DNA from: Eledone cirrhosa
Taxonomy: Eukaryota
Assembly: GCA_964016885.1 (NCBI GenBank)
Contig: OZ024754.1
Coordinates: 12,338,001 to 12,402,000 of the forward strand
Direction: 5' to 3'
Length of the DNA stretch: 64,000 nucleotides
Shown: in pieces, positions 53,322 to 64,000 of the stretch
Layout: each line of letters opens with the position of its first letter
Position numbering within the stretch: position 1 is the first letter of the stretch
The notes under the pieces: generated by a model
Databases searched by the model: none
What the model was told of the DNA's origin: nothing
What the model saw: only the letters and a program-made list of their open reading frames with translations
Position numbers and translations under genes: made by a program

Positions 53322-53641
53322 AAGGCCCCACTTGGTCATGAATGACTATGGTTTTGCACCTAGAAGGTTTCCCTCCAAGGCATAAGCCCTGGCAGAGTTT
53401 GTTTTGTGGAAGACCAGCAGTCACCCATGCAAAACAGTCTCCCTTTTCCATGTCACCAATGTTGTCCAAGGGAAAGGCAATGACTGATACAGCTTGGCAC
53501 CAATGACGTCGCAACTCATTTCTACAGCTGAGTAAACTGGAGCAACGTGAAATAAAGTGTCTTGCTCAAGGACACAACACATCACCCGATCCGAGAATCG
53601 AATTGAAAGCCAATGCTCGAACCCCTAAGCCATGCGCCTTC
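53322..53641 (-). mobile_element. tRNA-CORE SINE, tail type C (resembles octopus OR-type SINEs)
   Basis: CORE followed by gagttgcgacgtcattggtgccaagctgtatc...ctaggtgcaaaaccatagtcattcatgacc. Confidence 0.8.
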
Positions 53642-54569
53642 ATACATATATATATATATATATATACATACACCCACATACACCCACATAAGCAGGAAGA
53701 ACAAGGGAGAGAGAGAAAGCAGAGATTGAATAGAGAGGAAAAGATTTTAATTACTTGCCAACTACCATGTCCTGAGGAGAGGAAGGATTCGTCCCTTCCC
53801 TCCCCCAATAAATCTGGCCCTGCCCACACCATCAGTACTTTGACTGGTACTTTATTTTATCAACTCCAGAAGGATGAAAGGCAAAGTTGACCTTGGCTTG
53901 ATTTAAACTTAGAATATAAAGAGCCAGACCAAATACTGAAATGCCATTTTATCTGACCCTCTACCAATTGTGACAATCAGCCACTCTAATTACAATAACA
54001 ATCCTTTCAAAAGTAAAATCTATATGAATTGGAATCAATTATTGAGATGAAGTTAATCAAAAATTACAAGCACAGACTTGATTAATATTGAAGCAACATT
54101 AAATTTCAAACACACTTTTAACTTTCAAGATATATTTATCTGCTATTAAGACCAATAAGTAAATTAAAGAATTTGTTAAACCTACTTAGCTTATTTACTA
54201 AGTTGGTTCAGTTGAGATGTTCTGTATAGAAATCAATGGGGATTGATACTAACATAGCCTAGTAACAAATGTCAATGAGTGATAAATATCAATACGCCAT
54301 CCTCTGAGTCAGGCTTGATAGCTACAATTACACATCTATACTTAATACAGCCCCCTTACAACCACTAGCACTACCCCATAACCCTCACAAGCAGCACTTT
54401 ATTTACTTTGTTCCTCCTGCAATGTAAGTGAATAAAGAGTAAGGGGATTCAGTGCTTTTTATCCAGGACACAGCTTTTATTCAGGGAAGAAACCAATAAT
54501 GTATCCACAGTATTACATCTGCATCTTCATTACAGTGTTTGTGAAAGATTTAGTTAATTGTGGGTTTAA

Positions 54570-54771
54570 CCCTTTAGCATTTACATTACTCTATATATAC
54601 TGTTGTATTTTTGTATAATTATCTCACATAATATTGAATCTATGAGATTTTGATGTTATTTATTCTGAGAACAATACCTTAATGTTAGTATGAGCAGCCG
54701 GTTGCAGCTGGTTTGAATAGAAAGAGGTGAGAGAATTCTGGCTGGATACGGCTGGTTTAAATGTTGGACGG
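54570..54771. mobile_element. TTAA-flanked piggyBac/Kolobok-type MITE (about 200 bp)
   Basis: TTAA at 54566-54569 and 54772-54775; TIR ccctttagcattt. Homologous to 60719-61948. Confidence 0.75.
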
Positions 54772-55143
54772 TTAAGGAAATGGAATTAAAGAATTAATGG
54801 GATGATGTTTCTCCTGTAATTATCAGATTAAGTACTCAAGATGAAGGCAAAACAAAATTTGAAAGCAAAAGACATTAGTTTTCATGCCCTACCCTAAACC
54901 AAACCATTAAATGGATTAATGAAGTGGAGAGACGAGACTAAACAATAATTGTAAAGTATTTTGTCACTGTCATATTGCCCTAACTGTTTGAGTAGATGAG
55001 GAAGACACTAACTCTCAATTAAATTGTCCAAGCTGTTCTTGTTGTTGTTTATCCCCAGGTCATCCACTATTGAGTAGATAGATCTATGTACATAAGCCTT
55101 CTAGTCATGACCTTCCCATTTATTATTATTCAACTACACTATT

Positions 55144-55328
55144 GAGGTTTGGCAGTATCGGTAGAGCGTCAGACACCATGTTTTGCAGCATAGGAGTTAT
55201 GGCCCTTTACGTTCTGAGTTCAAATCCCACCGAGGTTAACTTTGCCTTTCATCCTTATGAGGTCGATAAAATAAAGTACCAGTGGTGCACTGGGGTAATC
55301 GCTGGCCTTGTGCCAAAAGTAGAAACTC
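55144..55328 (+). mobile_element. Family-M SINE
   Basis: Family motifs; probable TSD ac(a/t)ctattga. Confidence 0.85.
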
Positions 55329-55617
55329 TATTGAATATTACTAGGAGGTTGATTGACTGTATAGAAACATCCATGAGGGGTCGCTGTCATTGTGGTTAAA
55401 GTGGTTGAAGTAGAAGAGTAGAGGTGGTAAAAATATTATTTTTGGTGTTGTTTAGTGCCAGGTCTACCCTGATTGAATAGATCTGTGTTTAAAGACAATA
55501 CAGCCATGACCACCCCAGCTTTTTAGGGATATATAGAACTATATTATTTGCTGTTTAAACAGTAGGGGAATTCATCTGAGGGAATCTTGACTGCTATTTC
55601 TACCAAAAGTTTCTTCA

Positions 55618-56775
55618 TTGGCGTGTTGGTGTTGGTGTAGGTGTTGGTAGTGGTAGTGGTGTTGGTGGTGGTGTAGGTAGTGGTAGTGGTGTTGGTGGTG
55701 GTAGTGGTGGTAGTGGTGTTGGTGGTGGTGTAGGTGTTGGTAGTGGTAGTGGTGTTGGTGGTGGTGTAGGTAGTGGTAGTGGTGTTGGTGGTGGTAGTGG
55801 TGGTAGTGGTGTTGGTGGTGGTGTAGGTGTTGGTAGTGGTAGTGGTGTTGGTAGTGGTAGTGGTGTTGGTGGTGGTATTGGTGGTGGTGATGGTGTTGGT
55901 AGTGGTAGTGGTGTTGGTGGTGGTAGTGGTGGTAGTGGTGTTGGTGTTGGTGTAGGTGTTGGTAGTGGTAGTGGTGTTGGTGGTGGTGTAGGTAGTGGTA
56001 GTGGTGTTGGTGGTGGTAGTGGTGGTAGTGGTGTTGGTGTTGGTGTAGGTGTTGGTAGTGGTAGTGGTGTTGGTGGTGGTGTAGGTAGTGGTAGTGGTGT
56101 TGGTGGTGGTAGTGGTGGTAGTGGTGTTGGTGTTGGTGTAGGTGTTGGTAGTGGTAGTGGTGTTGGTGGTGGTGTAGGTAGTGGTAGTGGCGTTGGTGGT
56201 GGTAGTGGTGGTAGTGGTGTTGGTGGTGGTGTAGGTGTTGGTAGTGGTAGTGGTGTTGGTGGTGGTGTAGGTAGTGGTAGTGGTGTTGGTGGTGGTAGTG
56301 GTGGTAGTGGTGTTGGTGGTGGTGTAGGTGTTGGTAGTGGTAGTGGTGTTGGTAGTGGTAGTGGTGTTGGTGGTGGTATTGGTGGTGGTGATGGTGTTGG
56401 TAGTGGTAGTGGTGTTGGTGGTGGTGTTGGTATTGGTGGTGGTGTAGGTGTTGGTGGTGGCATTGGTGGTGGTGATGGTGTTGGTAGTGGTAGTGGTGTT
56501 GGTGGTGGTGTAGGTGTTGGTAGTGGTAGTGGTGTTGGTGGTGGTGGTGGTGGTGTAGGTGTTGGTAGTGGTAGTGGTGTTGGTGGTGGTGGTGGTGTTG
56601 GTGGTGGTGTAGGTGTTGGTAGTGGTAGTGGTGTTGGTAGTGGTAGTGGTGTTGGTGGTGGTATTGGTGGTGGTGATGGTAGTGGTAGTGGTAGTGGTGT
56701 TGGTGGTGGTGTTAGTATTGGTGGTGGTGTAGGTGTTGGTAGTGGTAGTGGTGTTGATGGGGGTGTAGGTGAAAG
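55618..56775. repeat. (GGT/AGT/GTT)n in-phase compound trinucleotide repeat
   Basis: Seen directly; followed by (GA)n at 56857-56918. Confidence 0.92.
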
Positions 56776-56853
56776 CATTGGTATTGACATTGATGGCAGG
56801 TTTGCGGTAATAGGGAGAGAGAGAGAAGGAGGAAGAGAGAATGAGGGAGAGTA

Positions 56854-56918
<65 letters not shown>

Positions 56919-57311
56919 ACAAAAATAGATAAAAAGGGAAGAATTAAATAATGAATGAAAAACAAAAGAAAGAGAGAAAGAAAGAGAAAAAGGAAGAAAG
57001 CAAACAAACAAATAAAAAAGACTAGAATATATTGCCTGAGATAATGAAGAGAAAGGAATTTGACATGAAACAAAAATTGAAATGGACTTTTTCCAAGGAG
57101 ATATAGTGATTTGGTCTCAAAGGATTAATTTGTCTTTCACCTTTCACTGAAAACCTCCTCCTTACCCGACCACAATTACTAGATGCTACCAAGTCAGAGG
57201 TTCTCTTTACCAGGTTAGTAGCCAAGAGGCTCTAACAAGCCCAATTCAAGCCATTTATCATCTTTTTTTCTCTTCTTCAGCAGAATTAGTAGGTAACTAC
57301 TTAATGGTATT

Positions 57312-57775
57312 CCTTGTCTGTGGTGGTAAACCCTCTTGTTCTAGGTGGTAAACCCCCTTGTTCTGTGGTGGTAACCTCCCTTGTTCTATGGTGGTAACCC
57401 CCCCTTGTTCTGTGGTGGGGAAACTCCTTGTTCTGTGGTGGTAAACCCCCTTGTTCTGTGGTGGTAACCTCCCTTGTTCTGTGGTGGTAACCCCCTTGTT
57501 CTGTGGTGGTAAACCCCCTTGTTCTGTGGTGGGGAAACTCCTTGTTCTGTGGTGGTAACCCCCCCCCTTGTTGTGTGGTGGTGAAAATCCTTGTTCTGTG
57601 GTGGTAAACCCCTTTGTTCTGTGGTGGTAAACCCCCTTGTTCTGTGGTGGTAACCCTCCTTGTTCTGTGGTGGTGAAACTCCTTGTTCTGTGGTGGTAAA
57701 CCCCCTTGTTCTGTGGTGGTAAAAACCCTTGTTCTGTGGTGGTAACCCTCCTTGTTCTGTGGTGGTGAAACTCCT
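57312..57775. repeat. ~22-bp minisatellite, about 21 copies
   Basis: Unit ccttgttctgtggtggtaaacc. Confidence 0.93.
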
Positions 57776-57878
57776 CATCTGGGATTCAACAATTGGCATT
57801 TGGTGTGTTCAATGACAGATCCAGGTTTCGTTGCCTGACAAGCAGAACATCACAAACTGTTAAAGTATTGGCTGCCTT

Positions 57879-58340
57879 CCAATTGGTTTATTGTTGAGCG
57901 TGTATTGGTTTCCATACCATCTCACTTCTCAGTGTTATTGGGCTGGAGTTGTCCACCAATAGGTTTATTGCTGAGCCTGTATTGGTTTCCATACCATCTC
58001 ACTTCTCAGTGTTATTGGGCTGGAGTTGTCCACCAATAGGTTTATTGTTGAGCCTGTATTGGTTTCCATACCATCTCACTTCTCAGTGTTATTGGGCTGG
58101 AGTTATCCACCAATAGGTTTATTGTTGAGCCTGTATTGGTTTCCATACCATCTCACTTCTCAGTGTTATTGGGCTGGAGTTGTCCACCAATAGGTTTATT
58201 GCTGAGCCTGTATTGGTTTCCATACCATCTCACTTCTCAGTGTTATTGGGCTGGAGTTGTCCACCAATAGGTTTATTATTGAGCTGTATAGGTTCCCATA
58301 GCATCTCACTTCTCAGTGTTATTGGTGGAGTTATCCACCC
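57879..58340. repeat. 77-bp tandem repeat x6
   Basis: ccaat starts at 57879, 57956, 58033, 58110, 58187 and 58264. Confidence 0.93.
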
Positions 58341-58837
58341 ACCATGAGTAAGTCCTATCAGTTGGAACGGTTATTTCAACATGTCCCACTTGCTATTCTC
58401 TGGAGTAACACATTTTCCAATCTGGCAGCTGGGAACATGAGGTGATTTAAGCCGGGTGTTGTGCATATCAGAGATCCTTCTCCCACACTGTCTGGGCTAG
58501 CACCATTAATATAACAATAGTGTAAGGTGCAGTGATGGACTTAACTATAAGCTAAATATACATTTTGAATTCAAATCTCTCAGATATGTCAACATATTTT
58601 TGGTCTTTGTGGCTTCTAGGAGATTGATAAAATAAGTAAAAATATTAAACTGGGAACAATTTCAGCAACTATATTCATAACATTTTATAAATTTGTGACA
58701 TTCTGCCTAATATAAAAATGTGAACTAACTGAAATAATATTAATAGAACAATTCTTCATTTATCTTCCATCTAACAATTGCCTCTCCACTAGGAATCTTG
58801 AAATAATGGAAAAGCGGGCAAGTACAACTATAATAAT

Positions 58838-59450
58838 GTTTCTAATTTTGGCACAAGGCCAGCAATTACCCCAGTACATTACTGGTGCTTTATTTTATTG
58901 ACCCCCGTAAGGATGAAAGGCAAAGTTAACCTTGGCGGGATTTGAACTCAGAATGGCAAGGGCCATAACTCTATGTGCCAAAGCATGGCGTCCGACCCTC
59001 TACCGATATTGCCAATCCACCGCCATATAATAATGTTTCTAATTTTGGAACAAGGCCAGCAATTACCCCAGTACATTACTGGTGCTTTATTTTATTGACC
59101 CCCGTAAGGATGAAAGACAAAGTTAACCTCGGTGGGATTTGAACCCAGAACGTAAAGGGCCATAACTCTACACTGGAAAGCATGGCGTTTGATGCTCTAC
59201 CGATACTGCCAAACCACTGCTCTACAACTATAATAATTACTACATTATAGTACAACTATAATAATTGTTTCTACTTTTTGGCACAAGGCCAGCAATTACC
59301 CAGTGCATTACTGGTACTTTATTTTATCGACCCCGTAAGGATGAAAGGCAAAGTCAACCTCAGCGGGATTTGAACTCATATCGTTAAGGGACGTAACTAT
59401 GAGGGAAAGCATGGCATCCGACCCTCTACCGATACTGCCAATCCACCGCC
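58838..59450 (-). mobile_element. Tandem array of three family-M SINEs
   Basis: Bounded by (ag)tacaactataataat at about 58821, 59223, 59249 and 59452, with a partial copy at about 59028. Confidence 0.9.
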
Positions 59451-59469
59451 TAGTACAACTATAATAATG

Positions 59470-59635
59470 AAGGATTAGTGGTTAGAGAGTTGGATTCTAA
59501 ATCATTCATAAGGTTAAGAGTTCGATTCCTGGACCAGGTGATGCTTATGTCCTTCAGTGTTGCTTTTTCTGCCAGAATAGTATGTGCAATGGAAAGACCA
59601 ATGGAAACATTGTTTCCTTGGTATAATTTGTTGAC
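59470..59635 (+). mobile_element. Diverged tRNA-CORE SINE, tail type D
   Basis: gagttcgattcctggaccagg...gaaagaccaatggaaacattgtttcc. Confidence 0.65.
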
Positions 59636-60718
59636 TTCCACCCCACTCACCAAGTGAATGAGGTATGAGACCTAATCGATCGATTCCTATAATATAGAAA
59701 ATAATATTTACACACATTTAACATACCTCAATTTTCCCTTCAACAGCAGTCTCAGAGTTGAGTTTTACAAAACCATGTCGAAGTTCTCTTTGGACAAATA
59801 TACTGTTCCAATGATCAAGTTGCACACGTCCAGCACTGCGTATTGCAACCATACCTTTTCCACAATCAAAGCTAGAAGTAAAAGAAAGATATATTTAGTC
59901 TCATTTGATATTATGGGGATATTTAAAGGATTGGGATGTTGTGTGGGACTGCAACATCAAACCACAGACTATGCAGCACCACCTGATATGGACCCTACTG
60001 GAACACCCCTGCACAGCATTAGACTTGGCAGAGCTTAATGAGAAAGGACAACAATGTGTTCAGCTGTAGTGGAACCACATCTAGCCAAGCTATGTAACTG
60101 ACAATCTTGTGGACATGACAAGAAGAAGAATTTGATACTACCTAAGTGTAATTTCAGGTCAGGTCAGCCCTTGCCTGCTATTGTTACGAAGTAACCCAGT
60201 AGAACCTGCTTCATGGTCGAGTGGTTTGTGACTAAACCAGCTCCCCCACCAAACCCTGGTCAAGTGAAGATGGTAAGTGGAACTCCAGCAGCACAAAAAA
60301 AACAACAACAAAGAGTTGCAAAAAGGGCAGATAACTCCTCAGAGTCAATGGCCATATATCCAAACACCTGGCATGACCAAAACCAAACAGAAGGTGGTAT
60401 AGGTCAACCAGGGAAGGGTTCCTCCAGTAAGAGTGAGAAGGTTCCTGATTGGATTAAATTGGATTGGAAGTGTAATATCTCCCTCAAAATATAGCTTTGC
60501 TACCAGCAACCCTTTTAGTCACATCTTAGGATATGTTAGGATATGGAGTATCTATGCTAAAACTAGAGTACACATATTAGATGCTTAAGAAAATATAAAA
60601 AAGAAAGACACCCTGTATAATGTAATCCAGAGTACACTAAGGCTAGAAAATATATAGATGAGATGGTTAGAGCACCTTTAATACTGGGTTTGCTCAAACA
60701 AAGAAAATCTAGGGTTAA

Positions 60719-61948
60719 CCCCTTAGCATTTAACTGGCCATATCTAGCCAGAATTCTCTCACCTCTTTCTGTTCAAACCAGCTATAACCTGTCGCTCATA
60801 CTTATGTCAAGGTATTGTTCTCAAAATAAATAATATCAAAATCTCGTAGATTTCATATTATGTTATGAAGTAAAGCCTTTACCATGAAAATATAATAGTA
60901 TATATAGAGTAATGTAAATGTTATGTGAGATATTATGTGAGGTAAAACCTTTACCATGAAAATATAATAGTAAATATAGAGTAATGTAAATGTTATGTGA
61001 GATATTATGTGAGATAAAGCCTTTACCATGAAAATACAATAGTAAATATAGAGAAATGTAAATGTTATGTGAGATAATTATGTGAGGTAAAGCCTTTACC
61101 ATGAAAATATAATAGTATATATAGAGTAATGTAAATGTTATGTGAGATAATTATGTGAGGTAAAGCCTTTACCATGAAAATACAATAGTAAATATAGAGG
61201 AATGTAAGTGTTATGTGAGATAATTATGTGAGGTAAAGCCTTTACCATGAAAATACAATAGTAAATATAGAGTAATGTAAATGGTATGTGAGATATTTAT
61301 GTGAGGTAATTATGTGAGGTAAAGCCTTTACCATGAAAATACAATAGTATATATAGAGTAATGTAAATGTTATGTGAGACAATTATGTGAGGTAAAGCCT
61401 TTACCATGAAAATACAATAGTAAATATAGAGGAATGTAAGTGTTATGTGAGATAATTATGTGAGGTAAATCCTTTACTGTGAAAATACAATAGTATATAT
61501 AGTGTAATGTAAATGTTATGTGAGGTAATTATGTGAGGTAAAGCCTTTACTGTGTAAATACAATAGTATATATAGAGTAATGTAAATGTTATGTGAGGTA
61601 AAGCCTTTACTGTGTAAATACAATAGTATATATAGAGTAATGTAAATGTTATGTGAGATAATTATGTGAGGTAAAACCTTTACCATGAAAATACAATAGT
61701 ATATATAGAGTAATGTAAATGTTATGTGAGGTAATTATGTGAGGTAAAGCCTTTACTGTGAAAATACAATAGTATATATAGAGTAATGTAAATGTTATGT
61801 GAGATAATTATGTGAGGTAAAGCCTTTACTGTGAAAATACAATAGTATATATAGTGTAATGTAAATGTTATGTGAGATAATTATGTGAGGTAAAGCCTTT
61901 ACTGTGAAAATACAATAGCATATATAGAGGAATGTAAATGGAAAAGGG
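60719..61948. mobile_element. TTAA-flanked MITE (inverted homologue of 54570-54771) containing an expanded minisatellite
   Basis: TTAA at 60715-60718 and 61949-61952. 60719-60865 matches the reverse complement of 54620-54771. Confidence 0.8.
60862..61940. repeat. ~73-bp minisatellite, 15 copies
   Basis: The g(t/g/a)aatgtaa(a/g)tg motif was counted 15 times. Confidence 0.93.
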
Positions 61949-62244
61949 TTAAACAACAATAAGTTTGATAGAGGGAGATCTATGTAGAAATATCTACTTC
62001 CATAATGATAAACAAAGCTGCATTCAAAACATCAGCTGATATTATTGGCCTGCATCAAAATAAGATTTTATTTGAAATAAAGGGTTTTGAAGGGTCATTC
62101 ATAGTATGCTGTTTTCAAAACTCTTATTCATCCCCCCCTCCCATTAAATCTAGATTTAAAATTATGGTAATATATGTAGATTCTATACATTGTATGTATA
62201 ATAGCTAAAAAGCTAAAATCTTATCATCACCCCCCTCTCTCTAC

Positions 62245-62249
<5 letters not shown>

Positions 62250-62324
<75 letters not shown>

Positions 62325-62554
62325 TATATACATGTTTACATACGCACACTCATATATATAATGTCATACATTATATGTATTCATTTACATATATCTATGA
62401 TATATATATAGATGACTGTGTGTTTATGTGCATGTATATACGTACACAAACATACATATATATATGTATATATATATACATATATATATATATGTATGAG
62501 TGTGTGTTTGTGTGCATGTATATACGTACACAAACATACATATATATATGTATA

Positions 62555-62603
<49 letters not shown>

Positions 62604-62698
62604 CATCTCTAGTTTGAATTGTCATAATATATCCATTATTTGCAATATTTATTTTCATAAATAATTTATTTTGCCAAATAATATATATAAATAGATAC

Positions 62699-62733
<35 letters not shown>

Positions 62734-63046
62734 CATATATATATATACATATACATATATATATATATATATATTTATATATATGTATATGTATATATAT
62801 ATATGTGTGTATATATATGTATATATATATATGTATATATATGTATGTATTTATATATATTATTTGGCAAAATAAATTATATATATATATACATACACAC
62901 ACATATCTATATATACACATATATATATATATACATACATATATATATATATATACATACACACACTCATATATATATACACACATGTATATATATACAC
63001 ACATATATATATATATATACATACACACACACATATATATATATAT
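62250..63046. repeat. (TA/CA)n microsatellite field
   Basis: Seen directly. Confidence 0.9.
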
Positions 63047-63165
63047 ATTGTTTGTTTTTTTATCAATCATTTTCCTTCTTTCTGATATATGTCTTTAGGA
63101 GCGAGGTTAAAGAGAAAATATGTGTTTGTGAAAGAAATAGTTGTTTAGTTCCATTATAGAGAGAA

Positions 63166-64000
63166 GCGGTGGATTGGCAGTATCGGTAGAGGGTCGGACG
63201 CCATGCTTTCCAGCATAGAGTTACGTCCCTTTACGATCTGAGTTCAAATCCCGCCGAGGTTGACTTTGCCTTTCATCCTTACGGGGTCGATAAAATAAAG
63301 TACCAGTAATGCACTGGGTAATTGCTGGCCTTGTGCCTAAAGTAAAAACAATTATAGAGAGAATCGGACGCCAAGCTTTGCAGCAAAGAGTTACGGCCCT
63401 TTATGGTCTGAGTTCAAATCCCGCCGAGGTTAACTTTACCTTTCATCCTTATGGGGTCGATAAAATCAAATCTGGGGTTAATTTAATTGTCTTTCCCCTC
63501 CCCCCAGGATTGCTGTGCTTGTGCCTAAAATCAGCGGTGGATTGGCAGTATCAGTAGAGGGTCGGACGCCATGCTTTCCAGCATAGTTACGACCCTTTAC
63601 GATCTGAGTTCAAATCCCGCCGAGGTTAACTTTGCCTTTCATCCTTACGGGGTCGATAAAATAAAGTACCAGTAATGTACTGAGATAATTGCTGGCCTTG
63701 TGCCTAAAATAGAAACAATTATTATTATTATTATTATTATGGGCGTTGGATTGGCAGTATCGGTAGAGGGTCAGATGCCATGCTTTGACGCAAAGAGTTA
63801 CGGCCCTTTCCATTCTGAGTTCAAATCCCACCGAGGTTAACTTTGCCTTTCATCCTTACGGGGGTCGATAAAATAAAGTACCAGTAATGTACTGGGGAGT
63901 CGATATAATTGCTGGCCTTGTGCCAATAGTAGAAACAATTATTATTATTATTGTGGATTGGCAATATCGGTAGAGGGTCGGACGCCATGCTTTGACGCAA
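63166..64000 (+). mobile_element. Tandem cluster of at least five family-M SINEs, running off the window
   Basis: First copy has TSD attatagagagaa (63154-63166, 63351-63363). Later copies end in (ATT)n. Confidence 0.9.

Noticed and set aside
55544-57073. 509-aa Thr-rich mucin-like and 435-aa Pro-rich extensin-like ORFs
   Set aside because: These are translations of an in-phase trinucleotide repeat plus (GA)n, open in several frames. The apparent signal peptide is T-rich low-complexity sequence.
59720-60530. Possible host exons (short ORFs 59775-60038 and 60213-60494; also 22-243)
   Set aside because: No recognisable domain or convincing splice context; more likely old repeat debris. Small exons cannot be excluded without RNA-seq.

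Overview
AT-rich, repeat-saturated eukaryotic DNA, intergenic or intronic. The SINE families and the microsatellite load look like a coleoid cephalopod, most likely Octopus (inference from recalled repeat sequences). I found no convincing host-gene exon; most listed ORFs are translations of microsatellites. Coding remnants are all from transposons: several 5'-truncated RTE-clade LINEs (one with an intact RT ORF containing a PHD finger), a degraded R4/Dong-like LINE, a Rex3/Expander-like 3' end and a mariner transposase fragment. The non-coding content is many tRNA-derived SINEs, MITEs, a non-autonomous Helitron, and satellites or minisatellites that appear to have grown out of transposon sub-segments. 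The most striking unannotated signal is a set of short non-coding elements inserted in (TA)n tracts, often as long fold-back palindromes. They carry minimal type-I hammerhead-ribozyme motifs like those of Penelope-like elements, from about six unrelated families. Two families have a U3:A8 compensated catalytic core. All coordinates were read by eye and may be off by a few bases.
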